Position numbers and translations under genes: made by a program. Below, one piece after another: positions 1-11,987 of a DNA stretch of 64,000 bases. Position 1 is the first letter of the stretch, and every line of letters begins with the position of its first letter. Source of the stretch: Octopus sinensis (Eukaryota); assembly GCF_006345805.1 (NCBI RefSeq), contig NC_042998.1:41602001-41666000 (forward strand), given 5' to 3'. Under the pieces are notes generated by a model that ran no database searches, had not been told where the DNA came from, and worked only from the letters and a program-made list of their open reading frames with translations.

Positions 1-320
1 ATGATCTCAATCTTCCTGGCTGCCACTGAGTATGTTCGGTAAATTATTGTTCTTTCTGCTGCTTCCATTAAAACTTCTTTAGTGGGGAACAACTTCACTT
101 CATTACCCTCCTTTTTAAGCATTCCCTTGAACTTGCTCACATCCTCGCTTTTTTCTTTTGTCACTGCAGCATAATTCCTTGCTTCCATTGCTTTGTCTAT
201 CTTCTTTATACATTCCACCATTTCTTCCTCAGATAACACAAAGTCCAAAGAAGGGCGGTTTACAACGTCTGAAACAGAACAATTCAAACTTTCATAACTC
301 CTCACTCGACACTCATCCAT
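1..320 (-). mobile_element. Open reading frame running off the window edge (MDECRVRSYESL...AARKIEI, 106 codons seen); probable ORF1/gag-like 5' part of a non-LTR retroelement
   Basis: Manual translation of the minus strand from ATG at 320 shows no stop to base 1. It is charged and helical-looking, and abuts a truncated SINE head (about 413-450). The family assignment is inference. Confidence 0.4.
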
Positions 321-554
321 TAAACAAGAGGACAAACGTTGCACTGCCAAGACAGCAAAAAAACCACGTGTGTAACAAACAAAACCAACAATCCAACTGA
401 CAAACGCTATACTGGAAGCAAGCTTCTTTCCACACAGCCATACCTGTGCCTGTTAATTGTAATGATGTCCACATGATTCCCAAGAATGAATTTTAGATAA
501 TATTGATTACTTACTTAGGTTCAAATTCAAAAGGTTACAGGAAATACTTTTCTT

Positions 555-720
555 CTCTAGGCACAAGGCCTGAAATTTTGGGGGAAGGGGCGGTCGTTTA
601 GATTGACCCCAGTACATAACTGGTATTTAATTTATCAAGGCAAAGTCAACCTTGGCGGAATTTGAACCCAGAATGTAAAGATAGACAAAATACTGCTAAT
701 GATTCTGCCAGCTCACCACC
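555..720 (-). mobile_element. tRNA-headed SINE, family B (GAGCTGGCAGAA... head), degraded
   Basis: Reverse complement of the family seen at 51994-52206 (gagctggcagaa...ggttcaaattccgccaaggttgactttgcc). Confidence 0.75.
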
Positions 721-1096
721 AAAGGTTACAGGAAATAGAAATGATATTATGTCATCTACTATGAACACTAGTTATGTAAGAAAATTGGAACAGGGTTGCA
801 GTTAGGAATCAAAACCATATTATGAACATGGTGTGTTGGGGACTTAGTGTCTCTCTACAGAATTAACTGTTAATAATACAGCAGGCCAATCATTTGAACT
901 AGCATCTACTAATATAATTGACAGTATGTCTCCTCTGTCTCTGTTTGTCCATCCCAATTAACTGCCATGATACTTTCACTATTCCTGTATATTATTAAAA
1001 CACAAGTTGTTTTAGCTGAATGCAAAGTAGAAATGTATGTTGTAAGTTTAACTGTCCATGTTTAAATTCTATAGAGTTATGTACATATAATTCATT

Positions 1097-1455
1097 CATC
1101 ATCATCATCATCGTTTAGCGTCCGTTTTCCATGCTAGCATGGGTTGGACGGTTCTACTGGGGTCTGTGAAGCCAGAAGGCTTCATCAGGCCCAGTCAAAT
1201 CTGGCAGTGTTTCTACGGCTGGATGCCCTTCCTAACGCCAACCACTCCGTGAGTGTAGTGGGTGCTTTTTACGTGCCACCCGCACTGGTGCCAGACAGAG
1301 CTGGCAAACGGCCACGAACGGATGGTGCTTTTTATGTGCCACCGGCACGAGGGCCAGGCGAGGCTGGCAACGGACACGAAACGGGGCGGTGCTGGCAACG
1401 GTCGCGAAACGGAAAGTTCTCTTACATGCCACCGGCACTGGTAACACATCTGCAA
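1097..1455 (-). mobile_element. 3' UTR/tail fragment of RTE-clade LINE with (CAT)n tail and internal ~60 bp tandem units
   Basis: catcatcatcgtttagcgtccgttttccatgctagcatgggttggacgg is shared with the RT-bearing copy at 11988-14108. Confidence 0.75.
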
Positions 1456-1974
1456 TTTCCATTGATCGATTTCCATTGATCGATTTCCATATTTTATAAC
1501 TTATGCCTATGAAGTTTCTAAAAGTACCCCACTAGTCTTAAAATAATAAACAACTACATTTCCCTTCAAAACTTATCAGATTTTCTCTTAATTCTCAACA
1601 AGATTGGTTTCTTAACTTTAAATTAAATTGATAAAATTTTATTTTTTGATTGCTGCAAGTTCTCAAATTTATATAGATATGTAGTTGTCAGTTATACCTT
1701 TCTTAACTACCAAAATAATTTCAAATTAATTCCTTTTGACTCTACACAAATCTTGATTTGTTTATTTTCTCATTTATTTTATGTAGAAAAGTATAATTAA
1801 TCAAATTAATTTCAATATGTTATAGATATCAATTTTATTGATCTGTAAGCTATTTGAATTCAGAATAATTGAACCAATTATAATAATTCATCTGACACGA
1901 CCTTATATTTTCTTTGTCATTTTGGCAACCCTAAGATTATTTCAAATTGAATGATATGTAATAATGGTTTCAAA

Positions 1975-2163
1975 TTTTAGCACACGGCCAGCAGTTTTAG
2001 GGAAGGGTGTTAAGATGATTACATCAATCCCAGTGCTCAACTGGTACTTATTTTACCAACATTAAAATGATGAAAGGCAAAATCAACCTCAGCAGAATTT
2101 GAACTTAGAATGTAATGTTCAGCAGCATTTTGTGTGCTCATAATTCTGCCAGTTTGCCACCTT
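1975..2163 (-). mobile_element. SINE family B copy, degraded
   Basis: Similarity to 555-720 and to the reverse complement of 51994-52206. Confidence 0.7.
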
Positions 2164-2269
2164 AGAATGGTATGCAATAATATAACATAATGAGGCCTAG
2201 GTTTGAATACTTTAGAGCAATGTTTTCCAAAGTGTGCTCTGCATTAAAAAGAAGGAAAAAGAACAGTCC

Positions 2270-2610
2270 CAGGTAGGTGCCTGTGTGACACCTTGAGCAA
2301 GTGTCTTCTACTATAGCCTTGGATTGACCAAAGCCTTGTGACTGGATTTGGTAGACGGAAACTAAAAGAAGCCTGTCATTTATATATATATATATATATG
2401 AATGCATTTGTGTGTCAGTGTTTGTCCCCCCAGCATCACTTGGCAACCGATGTTGCTGTGTTTACAACCCTGTAACTTAGCAGTTCAGCAAAAGACACTG
2501 ATAGAATAAGTACTAGGCTTACAAAGAATAAGTCCTGGGGTCAATTTGTTTGACTAAAGGCGGTGCTCCAGCATGGCTGGAGTCAAATGACTGAAACAAG
2601 TATAAGAATA
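2270..2610 (+). mobile_element. tRNA-headed CORE-type SINE, family A (5'-truncated)
   Basis: caccttgagcaagtgtcttctactatagcc...ggcggtgctccagcatggc is shared with the full copy at 29485-29847. Confidence 0.8.
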
Positions 2611-3390
2611 AGAATAAAAAAGTTATGAATTAGCCATTTTTTAATAAAATTTCAGAATTTTTTTCTAAAACAAAAACAGAATATGCAATTTTCAAAATAG
2701 TAAGTTATTTTTTACATTTTGTTTTGTTTTTTTTCCTGTTAATAAATTCTTTTTCTGAAATAATTTTGGTTTCATTAAGGTGGCAGAGGTGTTTTGTAAA
2801 ATTTAGGCATAGGCTTCTTGAATTTTGGAAAATTATATCAGTTTCTGCAACAAAATTACATTTGAGAACCATTGCCTTGGAATACTACTGTCACTTTCTG
2901 GGTTCACAGTTTTAAATGTTGTTGCAGATCTTTTACTATTATGTTAAATACATAAAATTTATATTTCTCAACTTGTTTCCATGTATCACACTGAAAAACA
3001 ATTACCCCTGATTAGAGCTAGCAAACTAGAACACTTTATCCAAGATATAAATGTACAAATGTGAATGCTATCTTCAGTCTCTGCAACCTGGATGCAAGAG
3101 TACAATGGCTTTACCAAAATTATAAACATGAAGACCAAGTACTGAAGTTTAGCATCGTAGGGATCTTACTGTTTGCTTAACAAATAAACTCCATACGTTT
3201 TCAAATCAAAGGATTCAGTACATTTCGTCCCCTAAAGCATTATTGAGTCAATCAATGAGGGAGTCCAAACTTATAACCCAGTTTCGCAAGCATTCCACAA
3301 GACATTAAAGGAATTGTAATATCAAAGAGGAATAATCAAAACCAGCCCTTGTTCTCTTTACATTCTCACCTCTTATTCTAAGTTCGCTGA

Positions 3391-3402
3391 TGCATTATGG
3401 GA
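3391..3402 (-). promoter_or_regulatory. Candidate Staf/ZNF143 binding site (TCCCATAATGCA) upstream of the THAP start codon
   Basis: The reverse complement of tgcattatggga matches the core Staf element. It lies about 130 bp upstream of ATG 3530 in a locally CpG-containing region. Confidence 0.4.
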
Positions 3403-3529
3403 TTCAATCGGGGAAGGTGACCGCCATAACTGTTTACACCTAAGTTCCACCAGTCCCCATGAAAACGTTTCAACACATGAAAATTAAAAAAAAAGGTGGG
3501 AGACGTTTAAAAATCAATTAATAGCAATA

Positions 3530-4024
3530 ATGCCACATGTTAATTGTTGCATCCCTTTCTGTTCTGCCGACTCTAAAAGACATGCAAGAATCCGTTTCTA
3601 TAGTCTCCCTAAGGAAGAAACCCGTCGTGCTACTTGGGTTGCACTCATAAGAAACAGTAACTTACGTATTGATTCTAAGTACACAAGTGTTTGTAGTCTA
3701 CATTTTCCCAATGGCAAAAAAACCCACGACAAAAAAGACCCTTCTTTTTTCCCTTGGTCACAGGAATGGCCTGCAATTATCAACAACTACAACATGATGC
3801 GAACCCAGTTGGGACTGGATAACATGTCGCCAGAACAACAACGTAAGAACCGGCCGATGACGCTAAGAATTCCTCCCATTTGTCCGTGGGCTAATAAATA
3901 TATTAATGTGACATCGCAAAAAAGTTTGAATGAGTTGTTTTCTCCGAAGATTTTGCAATGTGACATCGACTTCGAAGACATAACTAAGGTCTCGAGTAAT
4001 CGGGATTTTCTCAATCAAATCGAA
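3530..4024 (+). CDS. Coding exon 1 of the THAP-domain module (165 codons)
   Basis: C2CH THAP signature C6-x4-C11...C55-x2-H58, with P27, W36, F59 and a C-terminal DPSFF box. Donor GAA|GTGAGT at 4025, phase 0. Confidence 0.9.
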
Positions 4025-4747
4025 GTGAGTTCATCCAATTATTTTCTCATTTAATTTTCATCAGGCTATTATTTATACACTACGGTCACTTGACACACGT
4101 GTATGTATGAGTGTCGTTTATATTCTATTTATTTTCATATATAAAAATCTTTGTTTCGCGTGTCTTGTTTCCCCAAATGAAACAAGAAGTGATTCCTTTA
4201 GTAAACTTCCACATGCATCAGTTTTGGGAAAATCTGCGAATTTATTAATTCATTTATTTTTCCATAATTAAAAACTTACGTATCGTTTTCTTTCTTTCTT
4301 TTTCTTGAATGTTTATTCTTGAGGAAATATTCAACTTGTGGACAGACTGTATACAGTATATTTTAATTAACACTTGCTAAATGTTGACAATTTAACCACC
4401 AGCTTTTTAGTCCTTCGAACTGTTAGTAGCCAACGCAATCATAATTTTATTATTTGTTTTGTTAATATTGCACTCAATATTTTAGAAATATCTCTTTTAT
4501 TAAAATATGACAGTTAATCAATACAAACGCAAAATTTACAACACTGAAATATATACAATATCGCCTCCACCCTTCTCTACCTTTCTCTCTCCTTTTCTTT
4601 GACATTCTTTCAGCTGGTTTTATTTATTGAATGTTAGTATAAAACTAGCAAAAGATTTCATAATAAAATGTTATTTGATTGCATTTTCTTATTTCGGTTT
4701 CATAAACTAAACCAAGTAGATTGTAGTAGATACATTACCATTATCGA

Positions 4748-5106
4748 TATGGCTGTGTCATTAAGTTCGCTTCGCAACCACATAGTTTTGAGTTCAATTC
4801 CACGGTGCGTCACCTTGGACATGTTTCTTCTCCGATAGTCCCGAACCGACTAATTCCTTTTGAGTAAATTTGGTGAACGGAAATTGTGTGGGAGCTTGTC
4901 ATACACACACATATATGTATCTGTCTTCACCGCTTGACAACCGGTGCTGGTTTGTTTATGTCCCGTAAGTTGCCTATTCGGCATAAGCGATTGACCAAAT
5001 AAGTTTCTGACTTTAAAAAAAAAAAGTGAGTATTAGGGTTGATTTTTATCAACTAAAACCCTTCAAAGCAGTGCTCCAGCATGGCTGCAGTCACATGGCA
5101 AACAAG
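4748..5106 (+). mobile_element. SINE family A copy
   Basis: atggctgtgtcattaag...gagttcaattcc head (A/B boxes), caccttggac core, gcagtgctccagcatggc tail. Confidence 0.75.
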
Positions 5107-5111
5107 TAAAC

Positions 5112-5142
<31 letters not shown>

Positions 5143-5529
5143 GGCATAACTACAAGTTTCGCCCCCTCCCCATAATGTAATTATAATAAAAATGGGTCCT
5201 TACAGAAATTAACAACATTGTGGTTCAATTTCCATGAGGGTTAATACAGTTATTGATTAGACAAGAAAGTTATATATCGTCATCAGAAAATATCTAGATT
5301 GTTTTATTTATTTATTTATTTGATAATGAATCACTGAAAGTAGTAATGTATTTCAAGTAATACTCCTCAGCAGAAAGGATGCTGTCTGAAACATTAGATG
5401 TTTCTTCTTCCTAGGTAATTTATTACACTTTTGAACTGAGTAATTGCTAACACAGATCATCCCTATTTTCCTGGGATACAAGCTCTTTATTGTAGTTGAA
5501 ACAATCCTGTTTTAAAATATTGGGCAAGA

Positions 5530-6465
5530 AAATTTGGAACTGTTCAGTTTCACAGATTAAAATTTTTTTTTTTTTAAACTAAAGAGTTTGATACTTTGTA
5601 TGTTGGTGTAATTTCTCACACTGAACACGGTTTACTTTCAACATTTTTGACAATATTTGATATTTTAGAAGTTATTTCGTGTTAAAGTTGTCGTATTTGG
5701 GTAGTTTTAACCAATCAATGATGTATATTCAGCTGTAGAAAGTTACTGCTGTTAGCGATAGTAATTGAAGAGAAACAACTTCTGGATCATCTCTACTAAA
5801 TGTCACCACTGTGTTCTATTTTATGTTTGTTTACTCCCTGTGTTGCATATTACATGCTTTTTGGGGGGTGGGGGTGTCTTGCGTCAGAGTAACCAGTAAA
5901 CATCAAAGAATCAACACCAAGAAGGAAGAAATATTATTTACATATATTTATTCATTTGCCTGAATGTAGTTAGAGATACAGCAGTAATTGTAGTGGTAGT
6001 GACAAGTTCGCTCACTGGTTGGTAGTTGATAGTGTAGAAGTGGCTGTCTGCCAGTAGAGCGGGAAAGAGTAAGGAATGCATGGTGCTGAATAGAAAGGAA
6101 GAAAGCTTCTCTTTTGTGTCAGCTGTGGCCAAGGAGCAACACTTTTCCTTCACCCTTTGCTTGACATATGAATAGAACAGAGTTGACATTTAGTAGAGAT
6201 GACCCGGAAGTTGATCCTCTTCGATTACTATTGCAAACAGCAGTAGCTTTCTTCAACTGAATACATGTTGTTGATTGGTTAAAATTACCCATGTATGATA
6301 ACTTTAACACAAAATAACTTTTAAAATACGAAATTTTGTCAAAAATATTGAAAGTGAACCATGTTCAACATTAGAAATTACACCAGTATACAAAGTTTCA
6401 AACTATTTAGTTAAAATATAATAATTTTTAAGTCTGTGAGCGAAACTGTACAAATCTGAAAATTC
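5530..6465. mobile_element. Fold-back/MITE-like element with ~250-300 bp inverted arms around a ~340 bp spacer
   Basis: 5572-5826 aligns to the reverse complement of 6164-6416 (about 80% by eye), with weaker extension outward. Confidence 0.8.
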
Positions 6466-6741
6466 CAGCATAGTTCAAGAGTGAAATGCCTGCATGGATA
6501 TAATACAAAAGACTGGATGTAATGCAGTTGATTAGTTTGAAAGAATACAATTTATAATGGAGGAATGAGCATACTCAGGTCAGCATCTGAGTGAAAGAAT
6601 TTAGAGATTGTTGGAAAGAGGACTACAAATTCATTCAAAGTTCTTTTTTTTTTTTAATTTTTAATAAATGAAGGGGGACACATGTTAAAGAAAAGGTAGT
6701 GTGGTGAATTTTAACTTTTATAAAATATACAATTTGTTAAG

Positions 6742-6960
6742 TAATATTTGTAGCCACTTTAACATGGCTGTCCATTCAAGCAGACTCTACTGCGAGTTTT
6801 TAACCCCAAGAGGACATCTCTAGCTAGTTAATGATGCACTGCTGCATCTGATATAATTGCAAGCAGGGGAGCAAACCCCTACCATCTCCTAACAACAGGA
6901 CAAGTAGACCAGTCCTGGTTTGAGCTATTTCTGCCACTCCTCAGTACTGGACACCTCATC
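6742..6960. repeat. Partial copy (one arm plus core) of the palindromic element at 7023-7520
   Basis: ctttaacatggctgtc...gcaaacccctaccatctcct is repeated at about 7085-7240; the core is present in the opposite orientation. Confidence 0.75.
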
Positions 6961-7022
6961 TGCCAGAGATGATAGTAGCTCACTTCTGCTCGCAATATAT
7001 ATATATCAAGTGAACACCAATT

Positions 7023-7520
7023 TTGTAACAAGCAAAAATGCTAGTTCTAAAATCTCTAAGAGAACAACACAGTAGTTGTACTGACAAATAATATTCGTAG
7101 CTACTTTAACATGGCTGTCTGTTTGAGGGGACTCTACTGCAATTTTTTAACTCCAAGGGGACATCTCCTTTTGCTCATTAATGATGCATAGCTGCATTTG
7201 ATATAATTGCAAGCAGAGGAGCAAACCCCTACCATCTCCTAGAAATGATAGACAAGGTGTCCAGTACTGAGGAGTGGCAGAATTGGCTCGAGACCAGGAC
7301 TGGTCTACTGATCCCATTGCCAGGAGATGGTAGGGGTTTGCTTTCCTGCTCACAATTATATTGGATGCAGCTAGAGATGTCCTCTTGGGGTTAAAAAATC
7401 CCAGTAGAGTCTGCTCGAACGGACAGCCATGTTAAGGTGGTTATGAATATTACTTGTCAGTACAACTACTGCTTTGATCTCTTAGAGAGATTTTAGAACT
7501 AGCATTTTTGCTTGTTACAA
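7023..7520. mobile_element. Palindromic MITE-like element, ~215 bp arms and ~80 bp core
   Basis: ttgtaacaagcaaaaatgctagttctaaaatctctaagaga at the left end mirrors tctcttagagagattttagaactagcatttttgcttgttacaa at the right end. Confidence 0.8.
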
Positions 7521-8715
7521 TTTGCAAATTTTGCTCAGAAAAGAATCCAAAAGTTTCTTGCATTAATTTCAGTAAGATTGAGTTCTTGGATTTCAGTGAG
7601 GTTTTTTTATGTGATTATCTTCATTTTCTAAAATATATGAGGGAATAGCAATTTCTTCTTTAAGGAAAGCTGAATTTACATTTTGATGGTAACTGCTCTT
7701 TGGTTCTTTAATTCCTATTAGAGAATACCATTGTTTTGTTGCTCTAGTCACTCCTAATGAAGCAGAGCTTATAGTATATAGATAATCGATCAAATGACTT
7801 GTTACAATCCACTGTACCAGTCCCCTTGATGTAATATGATTCTGCCTCATAGAGGACCACACAATATACTTGAATATATGGGATGTAGTCCTGAATTTAA
7901 GACTGTTAACTGCAAATAGACTAGCATTTTTCTGGAGGGAATTTTTCTCTCAAATGTTACAATCTGAATCTAAACATCTGCTTTAAAGTAGAAGTAAAAT
8001 GAAATACTATTAAATAACTAGCTTGTTAATGGATCTAGAGTTCACATTTACTACAAGCATATTGTTGTACCAGCAAACTTAGTACTGCATACCTTGGAGC
8101 AATGGGTTCGACAAGAAATAATCAAAAACTAAGTTTGCAGTACCATATAACTTTTTACAGTATTATAGCATTGATAACATTGACTGAACACTTATAACAA
8201 CAGTATTCATAACATTCCTTGATCGAGCAACTTTTCTTCCAACTTTTCAGGAACAAATATTTTAAACAAAATTAAGAGGTTATCAGATTGCTGTTAACAT
8301 TTTAGAAATATATTTCAAATTCAAACAATTGTCTACTGAATCTTGTTGGCACATGAATTGCATGTTAATATTTGTGTTTTCTTAATTGCAATATTGTGTT
8401 TCTTCAAAAAATTCTTTAACTTTTCTATTATTTTTCTGTACCGGTCAATTTACTTCCAGTCACCTCCCTGTCTGTCATCAAGATTGTATGATCTTTATTC
8501 ATCTAATTTGTACACATAAAAACCCGTAACATTTCTTTTTAGCGCCTTTTATCATATGCTCTTAAATATTTTTCTTAAATATTAATCTAAATATTGATTA
8601 TGAGATCTCTAAAAAGAACTGCATTTTTTTTTTCATTTTACCGAGCAGAAGTTGCAGAGTGGCTCAAAGGCCAAGAGTTTTGCCCATTTGCACTTATGAA
8701 ACTTATTGGTTTATC

Positions 8716-9110
8716 ATCATCATCTTTGTTTAACGTCCGTTTTCCTTGCTGGCATGGGTTGGACAGTTTGACTGAGGTCTGGAGAGCCAGCTGCTGCACC
8801 AAGCTTCAATCTGATCTGGCAATGTTTCTACAGCTGGATGCCATTCCTAATGCCAGCCACTCCAAGAGTGTAGTGGGTGCTTTTTACGTGCCACCAGCAC
8901 AGGAGCCAGTCAGGCAGGCCTGGCATCGATCATGTTCAGATAGTGCTTTTTATGTGTCACTGGCACAGGGGCCAGTCAGTAGGTACTGGCATCAGCCACA
9001 TTTGGATGGTGCTTTTTAAGTGCCACTGGCATGGGAGCCAATCAGGGGGCATTGGTCACAGCTGCGAAATTGGTTTTATTTGACTCAACAGGTCTTCTCA
9101 AGCGTATCAT
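8716..9110 (-). mobile_element. RTE LINE 3' tail fragment
   Basis: Same (CAT)n-tailed sequence as 1097-1455 and 47437-47745. Confidence 0.75.
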
Positions 9111-10609
9111 ATTTCAAGATGCATCAGGGATACTCTTAACTGGGCTGGACATGCATAGCTGCAACTCACTTTAGTTGCTGGGTCCTCTCAATCAGAAGAA
9201 TTGCATAAAGTTTTACCCTGCATGTCCCTTATATGGAATAATATATTCATTACATCATTTAGATTTTACTTCTTGTTAAACCTTTTTTTTTTTTGGTGAA
9301 GATTCCATTTTACATATAATGATATTTATGAAATTTAAGGGTAACAACTTGCAGACAGTAGTGAGTAAATAACTACCTTAGCTGGAGTAGTGGTCCATGC
9401 AAAAGCCAGTATAATACATACAAAGGCAATAAATAGTGGGGCTCATTCAGTAATGAGAAAATCTATTCATTATTGTCAGCATCATCATCATTGTTCTACA
9501 TTTACGTTTTATGTTTGAATGGTTTGGATGATTCTTGATCATATGGTATTTTATCTGGAAAGTCTAATATTCTTAGATTGACCCAACTACTTTCCATGTC
9601 TTTTTTGCTCTACATCTACTGCTAATACTTTCTGTCCTCAGTGCATGGCATTTTTTCATTTAAATATGTATCATCCATAGAAATATTAATATTTCTAAGT
9701 CTCTCTAAAGGAGACTACGGCAGCGGTACTGGATATTAATAGTTATCGCCAAGCTAACATGGCAGTCCAGGAAAATATATTACATCTATTTATCAGTAGC
9801 ATCCACTTTTTGCAGATATTATTTAGTGTCTGGTTGATTTTTCAATTTATTTGCACACTTTCCTAAATTAATATTGCAGACTCAGTGGCTTTTTAATCAT
9901 TCCTTGTCAATTATTGCAAAATTATTTTGTTTAGTGCTCTCATTTCACTACCATCCAGCATCACGTGCTCCAGCTAGAGACACGATATGCAATTAGTTTT
10001 ATACAGAATGAGACACTGCACATGAATATTTAGAAGTTGTAGGTTTATATTTTCAGTTTGAGGAGATCTAATAATACCAAAACATGTCCAGAGTTGTCAC
10101 TGTACTATTACGATCCACTCACTCTCCACTTCATTGCGTGCATTCTATTTTTAAATATTCAACATTTTAGGGTTGTTTCCCCTATATTTCTTGTATAGAA
10201 TTGATCATTGAGCTAATGATTCTTTCATCTAACTATGGATGTAATTTTAATTAAAATTTCTGAGCTTGCTGCATTAAGTTATCACCGATATTATCATTGC
10301 TCAAACTGCATCTCACTCCTTGTTCAGCTCCAGAGAACTTTTTCTATTTTTAATATTCTTTGATTTCTATTTTCTGAGTACTATTTCCATCAGTTTCAAA
10401 ACAGTTACTTGTTGAATAAAACATTGAGAATTAGCTGAATTAATCTGCGATAAATTAGACAAAAATCAATAATTAAAAGAATTTACCTCTTTAGTAATTT
10501 GGATATTTTATTTACAATGTTTTGGGTAGTGTTGCATTAAATTATAATTAAGTTGGACACGTACAGGATATACTATTAATTCTTTTCTATATCTTTATTC
10601 ACATTTTGC

Positions 10610-11010
10610 ATCATTATCATCATCAACATTTACCATCCATTTTCCTTACTGACATAGGTTGGAATGCTTGACAGGAACTTGCAAGGCCAGGGCTGCACCA
10701 GGTTCCATACTCTGTTTTGGTTTGGTTTCTATGACTGGATGCTCTTTCTAACACCAAATCACTTTACATAGTGTACTGGGTGCTTATTGTGTGGCATCAG
10801 CACCACACCAATGCTTTTTATGTTGCACCTTGGTTTTAGGATCTCAATTTTGTTGTGGTGGGTGGGTATACCTGAGTACAGGTAATGCACCACATATCTT
10901 GATCCTCTGTCATCCCCTTTGTAAGGTTCAGCATTTTGAAATTGGCCTTCAATATTTTGTCCTATGTCTTTCTGGGTCTCCTTCTTTCACAACTTCCCTC
11001 CCCTTCAAGT
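10610..11010 (-). mobile_element. Older RTE LINE 3' fragment
   Basis: catcatcatcaacatttaccatccattttcc... followed by RT C-terminal remnant similar to 12560-12720. Confidence 0.6.
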
Positions 11011-11987
11011 GATTTATTCCTAAAATTAGTCATTTATATGTTAGTAAACCTTTTTGTTTTTTAACATTGCAGTAAATTATTAACCATCTGTTGTGTTGTA
11101 TTCTCTTTGTCTTTTTATGATCACTGTAAGTGTCTTTACTCTTTATAAGTTGGTAATCATTTCTCCTTTGTCAAAACCCACTTCTTCAGACTTGTAAACA
11201 AGCTTAATTCTACTTTCTCTGTATTATTATCCTCTGGAACCCATTCTTTGAACATGTTTTCTTTCAAAATATTAGCTAGAAGTGCAAACTGAAATTCAGC
11301 AGCATAATCTCATCAGTCTGAGAAAGTTGGCAAAGAGTATGGGCGATATTGCTGGTTTTCAAATGAACTGAAAGAAAAATTGTAAAACTTCAGCAGAATT
11401 CGTCAGCATAGCATATAATACACCCCAATTATTTAAGAAAATTCACATTGATTTTAAAGTTAGGGAAAACATGGTAATTGAGAGTAAAATGCTTTGTCCA
11501 TGAACCCATGCAATGCTGATAGTAGACTCTTTAACAGGTAGTCTGGTACCTTCTCAAGTTAATCACCAATTTGCTCACACCTATTGTAAGATTTATCATA
11601 CTCCTAAAATTTTTTCTGTTTTTAATATTTTTTGAAATATTTTATTGTTATGTATATATATACATATACATGTATATATACACGTATACAGGTGTAGGGT
11701 TTTTCATTTAGTGCTGTTCAGTATCCAAAATGTCAAGGAAGTTGACTACTGAGACTCAATGTATGATACATAACACCTTTCACATCAGCTTCTATTTCTG
11801 TTAGATCTTTTACAGCCTCTGTGAATTAATTATAAGCTTATGGAAAAGTCATTGCTGTGTAACTGTTTTCAAATTTGTCAGTGATGTGCTTCCATAAAGG
11901 TTTTCTCATCTCTTTAGTGCTTTTAGCATTAACATTGTTCATACATATTAAGCATCTGTCATGAGTAACTGCTCAGCATTGGCAGTA

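Noticed and set aside
1144-1479. Overlapping 60-111 aa ORFs, and similar ones at 8594-9083 and 12154-12714
   Set aside because: They lie in the GC-richer RTE 3' UTR repeat and are chance frames with no protein motif
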